From Macrostomum hystrix (Eukaryota > Animalia > Platyhelminthes): DNA of 64,000 bases. The stretch lies in contig CATNEN010000030.1 of assembly GCA_950097015.1 (NCBI GenBank), forward strand, positions 3,100,001-3,164,000. Direction: 5' to 3'. Below the pieces are notes generated by a model. That model searched no databases and was not told where the DNA came from. It was given only the letters and a program-made list of their open reading frames with translations. A program made the position numbers and the translations under genes. Positions 25,037 through 37,372 of the stretch are shown here, one piece after another. Numbering within the stretch: the first letter of the stretch is position 1; every line of letters starts with the position of its first letter.

Positions 25037-25369
25037 CAGGTCGCTGCTTGTGACGGGACAGCAGACGAGCCAAGCTACGAATCAGCCGGTTGAGCGATAG
25101 TGAAGGCTTTTAAGTATAGGCAGCGCTGCGGCTATACGATTCGCGTAGAAATTTCTTTTTGCATTTCTGTACGCACTTTGTGCACAGCGGTGGTGCGCTT
25201 ATGAAAAGGCAGAATTGGAAAACAGCAAAGCGGAGAAACAGTCAGCAAACACTCGAAGCTAACTAACTGGTGAGGCAAACCAATGCAAATTGAAACGGCC
25301 GGCAAATTTCCAATGCCAATCATCTGATAAAGTAGCTTTCAGGAATACTTAAAAAGCTTTTCTTCAAGT

Positions 25370-25401
<32 letters not shown>

Positions 25402-26199
25402 CCGCATTGAAAAGGGCAATTGGCCAGACAAAAGAGGATGGAAAATGAAGAACGCTGCTGAACCAAAAAAACTGACTAAAAGTGCAGGCGAGCAGTGAGC
25501 CCAGAGTTAATTGGATGGCTGGCCAATTTCTCAATCTTCTCAATGATGAAATCTCGGCGATGGGACGAATGGAGAAAAAACATGCGGCCCTCCTGGGAAG
25601 CGACCCCGCCGCTTTCACCAAATGAGGCAATGAGCTGCTTTATTATAATTTAGTCATAGGCCAGACAGCTAAGCTCTAGGTAGCACTCATATTATAACTA
25701 GCTAGATACACGTCAGTCTTCTGCTTAATCAACATGGCACAAATGAAAGGCTTCCGGACCGGGCCGTGAAAAAGAGGCCTTCACGAAGAATGACAAAAAT
25801 TTGAGGCACTGAACTGAATCATCCAATTTATTAGTGTCCGCGCGACTGTGCTCGCTAAAAAACTTTTGAGCACTTTGAGAAATAAGAAGCAGACGGCACA
25901 CCAGTTGCTGCCAAGGTCCTCAGGGAAATCGCAGAGGGTCTCGCGTAAATCAATTATTAAGAAGATGAGAGGATCTGGAAAATGTCCTAGAAATAGTCTC
26001 GAGTGCAAGAGAACACACTAGTCTTGTCTATCGAAATGCAAACCGTATATACGCTTAGAAAGGTAATTTGGCTACAAAATGTATTTATCAGTTCCGATCT
26101 CCATCAAGGACCTCTACAGAAGTTGACGGATATTGCTCTTTCGCGATCTCTAGGAAATTATTCTAAGTCAGAGTTTGCATGAAAATTCATTGAGGATTT

Positions 26200-27870
26200 C
26201 CTCTCCCCCCTCTGTACTTTTCACCACTCTCTCTCTTTCTCCGATCTCTACCTTTCTTTACTCTCTACCTTTCTTTACTCTTTACCTTTCTCCCCTTTCT
26301 ACCTTTCTCCCCTCTCAACCTTTCTCCCCTCTCTACCTTTCTCCCCTCTCAACCTTTCTCCCCTCTCTACCTTTCTCCCCTCTCTACTTTTTCCCCTCTC
26401 TACCTTTCTTCCCTCTTAACCTTTCTCCTCTCTCTAGCTTTCTCCCCTCGCTACCTTTCTCCCCTCTGTACTTTTCTCCCCTCTCTACATTTCTCCCCTC
26501 TCTACTTTTTCCCCTCTCTACCTTTCTCCCCTCTCAACCTTTCTCCCCTCTCTACCTTTCTCCCCTCTCTACCTTTCTCCCCTCGCTACCTTTCTCCCCT
26601 CTGTACTTTTCTCCCCTCTCTACATTTCTCCCCTCTCTACTTTTCTCCCCTCTCTACCTTTCTCCCCTTTCTACCTTTCTCCCCTTTCTACCTTTCTCCC
26701 CTTTCTATTTTTCTCCCCTCGCTACCTTTCTCCCCTCTCTACCTTTCTCCCCTCTCTACCTTTCTCCCCTCTCTACCTTTCTCCCCTCTCTACCTTTCTC
26801 CCCTCTCTACCTTTCTCCCCTCTCTACCTTTCTCCCCTCTCTACTTTTTCCCCTCTCTACCTTTCTCCCCTCTCTACCTTTCTCCCCTCTCTACCTTTCT
26901 CCCCTCTCTACTTTTTCCCCTCTCTACCTTTCTTCCCTCTTAACCTTTCTCCTCTCTCTAGCTTTCTCCCCTCTCAACCTTTCTCCCCTCTCAACCTTTC
27001 TCCCCTCTCTACCTTTCTCCCCTCTCTACCTTTCTCCCCTCTCTACTTTTTCCCCTCTCTACCTTTCTTCCCTCTTAACCTTTCTCCTCTCTCTAGCTTT
27101 CTCCCCTCTGTACTTTTCTCCCCTCTGTACTTTTCTCCCCTCTGTACTTTTCTCCCCTCTCTACATTTCTCCCCTCTCTACTTTTTCCCCTCTCTACCTT
27201 TCTCCCCTCTCAACCTTTCTCCCCTCTCTACCTTTCTCCCCTCTCTACCTTTCTCCCCTCTCTACTTTTTCCCCTCTCTACCTTTCTTCCCTCTTAACCT
27301 TTCTCCTCTCTCTAGCTTTCTCCCCTCTGTACTTTTCTCCCCTCTGTACTTTTCTCCCCTCTGTACTTTTCTCCCCTCTCTACATTTCTCCCCTCTCTAC
27401 TTTTTCCCCTCTCTACCTTTCTCCCCTCTCAACCTTTCTCCCCTCTCTACCTTTCTCCCCTCTCTACCTTTCTCCCCTCTACCTTTCTCCCCTCTCTACT
27501 TTTTCCCCTCTCAACCTTTCTCCCCTCTCTACCTTTCTCCCCTCTCTACCTTTCTCCCCTCTCTACTTTTTCCCCTCTCTACCTTTCTTCCCTCTTAACC
27601 TTTCTCCTTTCTCTAGCTTTCTCCCCTCGCTACCTTTCTCCCCTTTCTATTTTTCTCCCCTCTCTACCTTTCTCCCCTCTCTACCTTTTTTGCCCTCGCT
27701 ATCTTTCTCCCCTCGCTACCTTTCTCCCCTCTCTACCTTTCTCCCCTCTCGATCTTTCTCCCCTCTCTACCTTTCTCCCCTCTCTACTTTTTCCCCTCTC
27801 TACCTTTCTTCCCTCTTATCCTTTCTCCTCTCTCTAGCTTTCTCCCCTCTACTTTTCTCCCCTCTTTACC
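26200..27870. repeat. Pyrimidine-rich minisatellite, about 18-bp unit (TCTCTACCTTTCTCCCC-like) with recurring higher-order blocks
   Basis: Source of the 580-aa SPL-rich ORF; the block CTTTCTTCCCTCTTAACCTTTCTCC recurs several times. Confidence 0.95.
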
Positions 27871-28539
27871 TGTCTTTACCTGCAAGACGAGGTAAATTTT
27901 ACGAGGGCTCAGAGTGAAGGAGATTGTTAATTAAAATAAACGATGTTTGCCTCCATCTCGTCAAATAATTCCACGAGTAGTGAGTCGTTGATCACAGGCT
28001 ACTCAACTAGCAGGAAACGGCTTACAGGAAACTAGCGAAACTTTACAAACTCAATTCACAGAGAAAAATTTGTCCCCAATCTAGATCGAGCAAAGCGTAT
28101 GAGCATTCGAGAGCGGAAGCCCTGCTGTATTCAACCCAGCTGGTGCAGTGAGCAGTTTGCGCTTCTCTGCCTGTTGCTATGCCAATCTGCAACCGAACCG
28201 GGGTTAAAACACGCACGCACTACAGGAACTGCAAAATGATAGTTGATAGTAAAGCAGGGAGAAGCGAACCATCATGATGATTGTATGCCGGAAAATAGAG
28301 ATAAGCTTTGTTGAAACTCGCAAAATTCTCACATCGACTGCTAACACTGGGGATGGAAAAAAAGCCCACGATGTTGAAGAGGAGTACCACGAGATTCAGA
28401 AAATACAAAAGTTAGAATATGCTCTTTTTCATGTCAGCTGGACTATCCTTGCCTCTCTGCCACATCATAGATCTATAAATATGATTCCACCCTCGTGCGT
28501 CTATCTATCTACTTCTCACTCTTTCTCCACTTTAAACCT

Positions 28540-29240
28540 CTATCCCATCTCCCTCTCTAACCTCTCTCCCACTCTCCCTACTCTCCCTACTCTCCCCTCT
28601 CTCCCCTCTCTCCCACTCTCCCTACTCTCCGCTCTCCCCTCTCTCCCAATCTTCTGACTCTCCCCGCTTTTCCCTCTCTCCCCCCTCTCTCCTCACTCTC
28701 CCCTCTCTCCTCACTCTCCCTCTCTCCCTCTCTCTCAGGCCAGCACCGGCGTCTCGTACGACCGAGTCAGTGCCACGGAGTTGAGTGAGTGTGGATTGAG
28801 TTGCGGGGCGCTGCCGAATCGATTACGATATGTTAAGATTGAAAGCTGGATTTGAACAAGCGCCTATAGCCTAATGGCTAGAGCGCTAGGCTAGACTCTA
28901 CTGATGAGCTCCAATAAGAGCGAAACGCGTCTGGAGTTGCCTTGGTTCGAATCCTGATTTCAATTTTTTCGATACATATCGGAATCGATTCCAACATTAG
29001 ATTTTTGAAATTCAATGGGCAGTGTCCTCTCTCCCTCTCTCCCTCTCTTTCCTCACTCTCCCCAATCTCCTCACTCTCCCCTCTCTCCTCACTCTCCCCT
29101 CTCTCCTCACTCTCCCCTCTCTCCTCACTCTCCCCTCTCTCCTCACTCTCCCCTCTCTCTTCACTCTCCCCTCTCTCCTCACTCTCCCCTCTCTCTTCAC
29201 TCTCCCCTCTCTCCTCACTCTCCCCTCCCTCCCTCCCTCG
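28540..29240. repeat. Two 18-bp CT-rich arrays (28540-28735 and 29025-29240; CTCTCCCCTCTCTCCTCA)
   Basis: Same unit on both sides of a unique 290-bp spacer. Confidence 0.9.
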
Positions 29241-29641
29241 CGTCTTTCTTCGCTCTCCCCTCTCTTTCCCGCTCTGCTGTCTCCTGCCCCTGCGTCTCTC
29301 ATCTATTATGATGCAATGAAAGCCTAACAAGAGTACACACACTCATGGAAGGAATGGTTACTTACAGCATTATTAAACACATACCAATACACGCGAACAC
29401 AGCGCCCCACTACTCACACGCCTCCGCTCTCAAAGCATTAATTGCATGTAAAAAACGCGCTAAAGAAGTTTGGGATTCAAATTCTGCAACACTAGCGCTC
29501 GCGGCGACCGAAGCTAAAGCTGGAGACCTACTTACTCTGCATGAAATTGAGTTACAGCTAGGCGAGCATGAGATGCTTTCGATCTACAGAATACGGGCTC
29601 ATAGAAACAAACTCGGGGTTTCCTGACGCAGGTCAGCCTAA

Positions 29642-29845
29642 GGGGGGTGAGTGGCAGAGCGGTCTAACGAGTTTGCCTCTCGCACCAAAGGTGCCTGAGC
29701 TCGAATCCGCGGCGAGGTCACATTCATTTTGGGTTTGCTAACTTCCAAGGCACAGTGAGAGTGTGCACTGCCTGACGGTGAGAAAGTCAGGGCAGATATA
29801 CACACCTGTGTGAGCGTGTGCCTACGTACGGTATCTGTGTGCTGA
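29642..29845 (+). mobile_element. tRNA-derived SINE, family 2 (3'-truncated)
   Basis: GGGGTGAGTGGCAGAGCGGTCTAACG (A box), GAGCTCGAATCCGCGG (B box), body GAGAAAGTCAGGGCAGAT..ACACACCTGTGTGAG. Confidence 0.85.
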
Positions 29846-30013
29846 AGTTACTGAAAGAGCAAGTCTGGAAAGCAAAACCTTTATGAGTTGCAATCTAAAT
29901 TATTTTCCAATTTTTCGAACCATGTTTAGAAACGAAAGGTAGCCAAAATTACTAGCAGAAATGATTAGCAAGCAAATTGGCGTTAAAACAAACTGTGGCA
30001 ACACAGTTCTTAC

Positions 30014-30332
30014 CTTCTGCGCTAGAATACAAAAACAACCGAATTAGAGAGAATTGTATGTAGCGGGGCAACCGGAAAGCTACTGGGCTCTTTGGTGTTC
30101 GTGTAGCGCCAGAAGTATAGAAGGCTGGCCTTGCGTCTGCGCGGGGGCGGTTGCTTGGAGGGTCGGCCGTTGGCAAATAGCAAATTCGGGAGGGAACCGA
30201 TGAGGTGGGTGAGTTGGGAAGGGGAGCCTGGAATGAGAAGGATCTAGAAGGAAAGAGTGAGGGCACAGAGATCGCTCTGGTCTCATTATAGAGGCTGTAC
30301 AGAATCGAGCTTGTTTTAGGGTCTGGCGTCAT
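30014..30332 (-). CDS. Putative coding exon, possibly an upstream first exon of SCHIP1
   Basis: Non-repetitive S/P-rich ORF MTPDPK...RAISVPSL...TPKSPVAFRLPRY with a strong donor GAAG|GTAAGA at 30014/30013 (phase 1), compatible with the acceptor at 25075. Confidence 0.35.
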
Positions 30333-30679
30333 CAGCTTTTCTTGGCTCGATTCCAATTGGCTGCAAGTGGCAATGCTGGAGATGAAGGCTGTAGGACTAG
30401 AATCTGAATTCGCATTTTTAATTATATGCCAAGAATGTACACGCAACGGTCAAACTCGACCTCCAGACAGCACTGGCTACGGAGTGACGGTCGCTTGTCG
30501 CTTGTCGAATATTGATTTCTGTCTAGCTAGGTAATGCTAGAGGGCTACCTCTGCACTTCATATTTATAAACGTCAGTCACCTTCTAAAACAATTTCACAA
30601 CACGTCCGAATTGTTGTTCATGGATACTTTTTTGTCTATAAAAAATATTAGCTCACTCGCTGACTTTTTATGTGCATAC

Positions 30680-31320
30680 TCTCTCCTTTCAACCCTTCAC
30701 TCTCTTCCTTCATCCCTTCACTCTCTCCCTTCATTCCTTCACTCTCTTCCTTCATCCCTTTACTCTGTCTCTTCATCCCTTCACTCTCTTCCTCCAACCC
30801 TTCACTCTCTCCCTTCATCCCTTTACTGTCCCTTCATCCCTTTACTGTCTCTTCATCCCTTCACTCTGTCTCTTCACCCCTTCACTCTGTCTCTTCATCC
30901 CTTCACTCTGTCTCTTCAACCCTTCACTCTGTCTCTTCATCCCTTCACTCTGTCTCTTCATCCCTTCACTCTGTCTCTTCACCCCTTCACTCCGTCTCTT
31001 CACCCCTTCACTCTGTCTCTTCATCCCTTCACTCTGTCTCTTCATCCCTTCACTCTGTCTCTTCATCCCTTCACTCTGTCTCTTCATCCCTTCACTCTGT
31101 CTCTTCACCCCTTCACTCCGTCTCTTCACCCCTTCACTCTGTCTCTTCACCCCTTCACTCTGTCTCTTCATCCCTTTACTGTCTCTTCAACCCTTCAGTC
31201 TGTCTCTTCATCCCTTTACTCTCTCCCTTCAACCCTTCACTCTGTCTCTTCATCCCTTCACTCTCTCCCTTCATCCCTTCAATCTCTCCCTTCAGCCCTT
31301 CACTCTCTTCATCCATCCAC
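30680..31320. repeat. 21-bp minisatellite (CTTCACTCTGTCTCTTCATCC)n
   Basis: About 30 units. Confidence 0.95.
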
Positions 31321-31802
31321 ACTCTCTGCCTCATTCCTCAGATAAATGATCGCTATCATATATTAGCTTCTCTCTAACGAGTTGAGTGCATTGGCAACAA
31401 GTGTGCACCAGGAATATAGCAGATAAACAGTAAAATAATATTTATTTAATGCGCCAGTATGACACACGAGACACTGGGATGGGGTGCAGCAGCAATCATA
31501 CAGAATATTTAAAATACTCGTATATATAGATAGACAGTGTGTATGGAAACTAGTTCCAGCTGTATTCCATAATAGTAAGTTTTCATCTTGTCTGCGCAGT
31601 AAATTTTTGGTACGAGTACATAAAAAATCTACGAAGCTTTGCATAGAAGACGGGGTTAAACGAAACTGCATTGATAATCAAATGAACCTTTTTCTCTTTA
31701 GATTTTTTACTAGCAAGTTTTGCCCCCCTTCGGGGAGCAGAAATACTTTTAATTCGTCTAGTATATACTTTTTAGCAGCTGAATTTACAGCTTTTTATAG
31801 CT

Positions 31803-32580
31803 ACAATGAACCCCCAGTTGACAATGATCCCCCAGTTGATGATGATCCCCAAGTTGATGATGATCCCCTAGTTGACAATTCCCCAGTTAACAAAGATCCC
31901 CCAGTTGACAATGATCCCCCAGTTGACAATGATCCCCCAGTTGACAATGATCCCACAGTTGACAATGATCCCCCAGTTGACAAAGATCCCCAGTTCACAA
32001 TGATCCCCCAGTTGATGATGATCCCCCAGTTGAAAATGATCCCCCATGCAGTTGACAAAGATCCCCCAGTTAACCATGATCCCCAAGTTAAAAAAGATCC
32101 CCCAGTTCACAATGGTCCCCCAGTTGATGATGACTCCCCATTGATGATGATCCCCAGTTAACAATGTTCCTCCAGTTGACAATGTTCCCCCAGTTGACAA
32201 TGATCCCCCAGTTGATGATGATCACCCAGTTGACAATGATCCCCCAGTTGACAATGATCCCCCAGTTGACAATGATCCCCCAGTTGACAATGATCCCGCC
32301 CGTTGACAATGATCCCACAGTTGACAATGATTCCCCAGTTGACAATGATCCCCCAGTTGACAAAGATCCCCCAGTTCACAATGATCCCCCAGTTGATGAT
32401 GATCCCCCAGTTGATGATGATCCCCCAGTTGAAAATGATCCCCCATGCAGTTGACAATGATCCCCCAGTTGACAATGATCCCCCAGTTGACAATGATCCC
32501 CCAGTTGACAATTATCCCCCAGTTTACCATGATCCCCCAGTTCACCATGATCCCCATTTTGATGATGACTCCCCAGTTGA
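31803..32580. repeat. 18-bp minisatellite (GATCCCCCAGTTGACAAT)n
   Basis: About 42 units with variants. Confidence 0.95.
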
Positions 32581-32599
32581 CGTTGATTTTTCAAACGCT

Positions 32600-34702
32600 G
32601 GGTTAGCCAAGATTCAAACTCAGGTTTCGCCATGTTTTAAACCCTGGTGGGCTATGATTCAAACTCTCGTTTTGCCATGATTCAGACTCTGGTTGGCTAT
32701 GATTCAAACTCTGGTTTAGCCATGATTCAAACTCTGGTTTAGCAATGATTGAAACTCTGGTTTAGCTATGATTCAAACTCTGGTTTTGCCATGATTCAGA
32801 CGCTTGTTTAGCTATGATTTAAACTCTGGTTTAGCCATGATTCAGACTCTGGTGTAGCCATGATTCAGACGCTTGTTTAGCTATGATTCAAACTCTGGTT
32901 TAGCTATGAGCCATGATTCAGACTCTCGTTTAGCCATTATTCAAACTCTGGTTTAGCCATGATTCAGACTCTGGTTTAGCCATTATTCAAACTCTGGTTT
33001 AGCCATGATTCAAACGCTGGTTTTGCCAGGATTCAAACTCTGGTTTAGCCATGATTCAAACTCTGGTGTAGCCATGATTCAAACTCTGGTTTAGCCATGA
33101 TTCAAACTCTGGTTTAGCCATGATTCAAACGCTGGTTTAACCATGATTCAAACGCTGGTTTTGCCATGATTCAAACTCTGGTTTAGCCATGATTCAAACG
33201 CTGGTTTAGCCATGATTCAAACGCTGGTTTAGCCATGATTGAAACTCTGGTTTAGCCATGATTCAAACTCTGGTTTTGCCATGTTTCAGACTCTGGTTTA
33301 GCCATGATTCAGAATCTAGTTTAGCCATGATTCAGACGCTGGTTTAGCTATGATTCAAACTCTGGTTTAGCCATGATTCAGACTCTGGTGTAGCCATGAT
33401 TCAGACTCTGGTTTAGCCATGATTCAAACGCTGGTTTTGCCATGATTCAAACTCTGGTTTAGCCATGATTCAAACGCTGGTTTAGCCATGATTGAAACTC
33501 TGGTTTAGCCATGATTCAAACTCTGGTTTTGCCATGTTTCAGACTCTGGTTTAGCCATGATTCAGAATCTAGTTTAGCCATGATTCAGACGCTGGTTTAG
33601 CTATGATTCAAACTCTGGTTTAGCCATGATTCAGACTCTGGTGTAGCCATGATTCAGACTCTGGTGTAGCCATGATTCAGACTCTGGTTTAGCCATGATT
33701 CAGACTCTGGTTTAGCCATGATTCAGACTCTGGATTAGCCATGATTCAAACCCTGGTGTAGCCATTCAAACTCTGGTTTAGCCATGATTCAGACTCTGGT
33801 GTAGCCATGATTCAGACTCTGGTTTAGCCATGATTCAGACTCTGGTGTAGCCATGATTCAGACTCTGGTTTAGCCATGATTCAGACTCTGGTTTAGCCAT
33901 GATCCAGACTCTGGTTTAGCCATGATTCAGACTCTGGTTTAGCCATGATCCAGACTCTGGTTTAGCCATGATCCAGACTCTGGTTTAGCCATGATCCAGA
34001 CTCTGGTTTAGCCTTGATTCAGACTCTGGTTTAGCCATGATTCAAAATCTGGTTTAGCCATGATTAAAACTCTGGTTTAGCCATGATTCAGACTCTGTTT
34101 TAGCCATGATTCAGACTCTGGTTTAGCCATGATTCAGACTCTGTTTTAGCCATGATTCAGACTCTGTTTTAGCCATGATTCAGACTCTGGTTTAGCCATG
34201 ATTCAAACTCTGGTTTAGCCATGATTCAAACTCTGGTTTTGCCATGTTTCAGACTCTGGTTTAGCCATGATTCAAACCCTGGTGTAGCTATGATTTAGTC
34301 TCTGGTTTAGCCATGATTCAAACTCTGGTTTAGCCATGATTCAGACTCTGTTTTAGCCATGATTCAGACTCTGGTTTAGCCATGATTCAAACTCTGGTTT
34401 AGCCATGATTCAAACTCTGGTTTTGCCATGTTTCAGACTCTGGTTTAGCCATGATTCAAACCCTGGTGTAGCTATGATTTAGTCTCTGGTTTAGCCATGA
34501 TTCAAACTCTGGTTTAGCCATGATTCAGACGCTGGTTTAGCCATGATTGAAACTCTGGTTTAGCCATGATTGAAACTCTGGTTTAGCCATGATTGAAACT
34601 CTGGTTTTGCCATGATTCAAACGCTGGTTTAGCCATGATTCAAACTCTGGTTTTGCCATGATTCAAACGCTGGTTTAGCCATGATTCAAACTCTGGTTTA
34701 GC
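32600..34702. repeat. 23-bp minisatellite (CCATGATTCAAACTCTGGTTTAG)n
   Basis: About 90 units directly abutting the 18-bp array. Confidence 0.97.
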
Positions 34703-35084
34703 CGGTGTGCTATGATTTATGATATTTTATTTACGAAATGAAAAAAATAAATTAAAATAGCCTTCAATCACTACTGGCTGAAAATTAGTCTAAATGATTT
34801 GACGCAGTGCAGAATCGAACCCTAGCCTAGCCTAACCTATTCCTAGTGCCTACACATCGGCTATTCCGACTGTTGGTTAGTGGGTGCAAAAATCAGCCTT
34901 ATAAAATGAATTCTCAAAGTTCTGGCTTTGTACAACAAAGTGAGAAAATAGAGTACACTCAGTCTCGCGGTTGGTTGTGTACATTTATTTCCAATTTGTC
35001 TCCAGAGTGCAGGCTTCAAATTCAATCAGCTAGGGGTTGTTGCGCAATTTGACGATGCAATTCTAATTCAGTGGCAGTCAGTGA

Positions 35085-35312
35085 AATTCTCAATAGGCCA
35101 AGATGGTTTGACCTTTAAAAAATCATGTTTTTCGAATATTTAATCCCCTTAGCAATAAAGTTAAGCTTAATAAAAATACGTGTAAAATTGTCCCCATATT
35201 TGGCATCTTTTGGTGAAGAAATGGTGAAAATCGGTTGAGCCGTTCGGGAGAAAATCAATTACAAGCAACCAACCAAGCAAGCAAGCAAGCAAGCATTTCA
35301 TTTTTAGTATAG
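35085..35312 (+). mobile_element. Possible non-autonomous Helitron/HINE-like element 3' end
   Basis: AAAATCGGTTGAGCCGTTCGGGAG, then a (CAAG)n microsatellite, then TTTCATTTTTAGTATAG; this layout resembles invertebrate non-autonomous rolling-circle elements. Confidence 0.35.
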
Positions 35313-35499
35313 TGGAGGAGGAAGGAGAGGAGGAGGAGGAAATCTACTAGTACACTAAGTCACTAACACTTGATGCCAACAATAAGATCAATGGTCTCAT
35401 TACATGTATTTTAAGTCAGGACCCTAGACGGATAAGCAAGCACTGGAGTAGATATCGGAAAGGTAAGTGTGGAGTAGAGACGGGAGAGGAGAGATAGGC

Positions 35500-36050
35500 T
35501 CGAAGAAGTAAATTGGAAAGAAGAGTGGGTAGAGAGAGCGTTTGAGAGGACAGAGATATAGGATAGAGTGGGGTAGAGAGGATATGGGTTGAGTGGGGAT
35601 ATGGGTTGAGTGGGGTAGAGGGCATAGGGGTAGAGTGGGGTAAAGGGGATAAGCGTAGAGCGGGGTAGAGGGGATAGAGGTAGAGTGGGGTAGAGAGGAT
35701 AAGGGTAGAGCGGGGTAGAGGGGATAGGGGTAGAGTGGGGTAGAGGGGATAGGGGTAGAGTGGGGTAGGGAGGATATGGGTAGAGTGGGGTAGGGAGGAT
35801 ATTGGTTGAGTGGGGTAGGGAGGATATGGGTAGAGTGGGGTAGAGAGGATATGGGTAGAGTGGGGTAGGGAGGATATGGATTGAGTGGAGTAGAGGGGAT
35901 ATGGGTAGTCGGGGTAGGGAGGATAGGGGTAGAGTTGGCAGATGGTGTAGAGGGGATATGGGTAGAGTGGGGTAGAGGGGATATGTGTAGTGGTGTAGAG
36001 AGAATATGGGTAGAGTGGGGTAGAGAGAATATTGGTAGAGTGGGGTAGAG
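35500..36050. repeat. About 25-bp G-rich minisatellite (GGGTAGAGTGGGGTAGAGGGGATAT-like)
   Basis: Direct tandem units; G4-prone. Confidence 0.92.
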
Positions 36051-36794
36051 GTCCCGACCAGATAATTGCAGTTTTTTTCGCGAGTTTTGGAAGTCTGCCT
36101 AACGAAGCGCAATATTAATAATGCTAATAATAATAGCAATATTACTTAGACTAATAATAATAAGATTTGTGCCCGGTTCTGATCATGAATAATGCAAACG
36201 AGCCGTTTATGGAAAGTGTTAAACGACGCATTTTTCAAACCTAGCCTAGCCAATTGTTCACAACTAAACTTTGATTAACGAAGGAAACAGGTGACGAAGT
36301 CAGGGGCAAACAGTTTTTATTAATCAATTCTTCTTATTCATATTATTTAATCAATTTTCCGACAAAGCCACAGACATAAGGGCAAATTTTGACTTTTATT
36401 TGTATGAACCAATGCTTCAAATCCGAACAACAGGAAAAATAATTAACAACAAAACTGAATTCAAGGAGATACTAGTCATTTCTTAAATATTATCATGGCA
36501 TGCTTACCGGGCCAAGGATTGAATGGAATTATAGATAATCTGTAAAACATTTTTAAACTAAAGATCATTTTTAATTGCAATAAATTGCTTGTTCAAGCCT
36601 TCAAAGCACTTAAAAAAGTTTCGTAATTTTAAACAAATATGATAGAAACGGCACACTTAATAACTAGAGCCACAGTATTGGTTGCACGAGCGTGAGCTAG
36701 TTGAATTGCATTCAAGGATAAACTGAGGTCACACTCGAAAAACACAGATCCCAAATTTAGTGGCCACAAATGGGATCTCAAATCTCAACTGAGA

Positions 36795-37310
36795 CCCAGA
36801 TATGGTTGAGATCCCAAGAATGGTTCAGATCCCAAGAATGGTTCAGATCCCAAAAATGGTTCAGATCCCAAAAATGGTTCAGATCCCAAGAATAGTTCAG
36901 ATCCCAAGAATGGTTCAGATCCCAAAAATGGTTCAGATCCCAAAAATGGTTCAGATCCCAAGAATAGTTCAGATCCCAAGAATAGTTCAGATCCCAAAAA
37001 TGGTTCAGATCCCAAGAATGGTTCAGATCCCAAGTTTTATTCAGATCCCAAGTTTTCTTCAAATCCCAAGTTCTCTTCAGATCCCAAGTTCTCTTCAGAT
37101 CCCAAGTTTTATTCAGATCCCAAGTTTTCTTCAAATCCCAAGTTCTCTTCAGATCCCAAGTTCTCTTCAGATCCCAAGTTCTCTTCAGATCCCAAGTTCT
37201 CTTCAGATCCCAAGTTTTCTTCAAATTCAAATTTTTCTTTAAATCCTAAGTTTTCTTTAGATCCCAATTTTACTTGGGATAAAATCCTAAACCATTACGC
37301 AAATCCCAAG
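36795..37310. repeat. 18-bp minisatellite, GATCCCAAGAATGGTTCA grading into GATCCCAAGTTCTCTTCA
   Basis: About 28 units ending about 60 bp after the M3A peptidase stop codon. Confidence 0.95.
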
Positions 37311-37372
37311 TTTTGTTCAAATCCCAACAAGACCGAGTTCACACCGATGGTGCCTGGGTGCCAACTGGGATT

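Noticed and set aside
24095-27917. Long low-complexity ORFs (AYPLT, LPTLS, SPLYL, ERVGS)
   Set aside because: Open in several frames and strands because of minisatellites inside introns.
28739-28850. GC-rich islet between CT arrays (plus-strand mini-exon, or minus-strand ...RSYETPVLA stop)
   Set aside because: No compatible partner exons or homology; could not be placed in any model.
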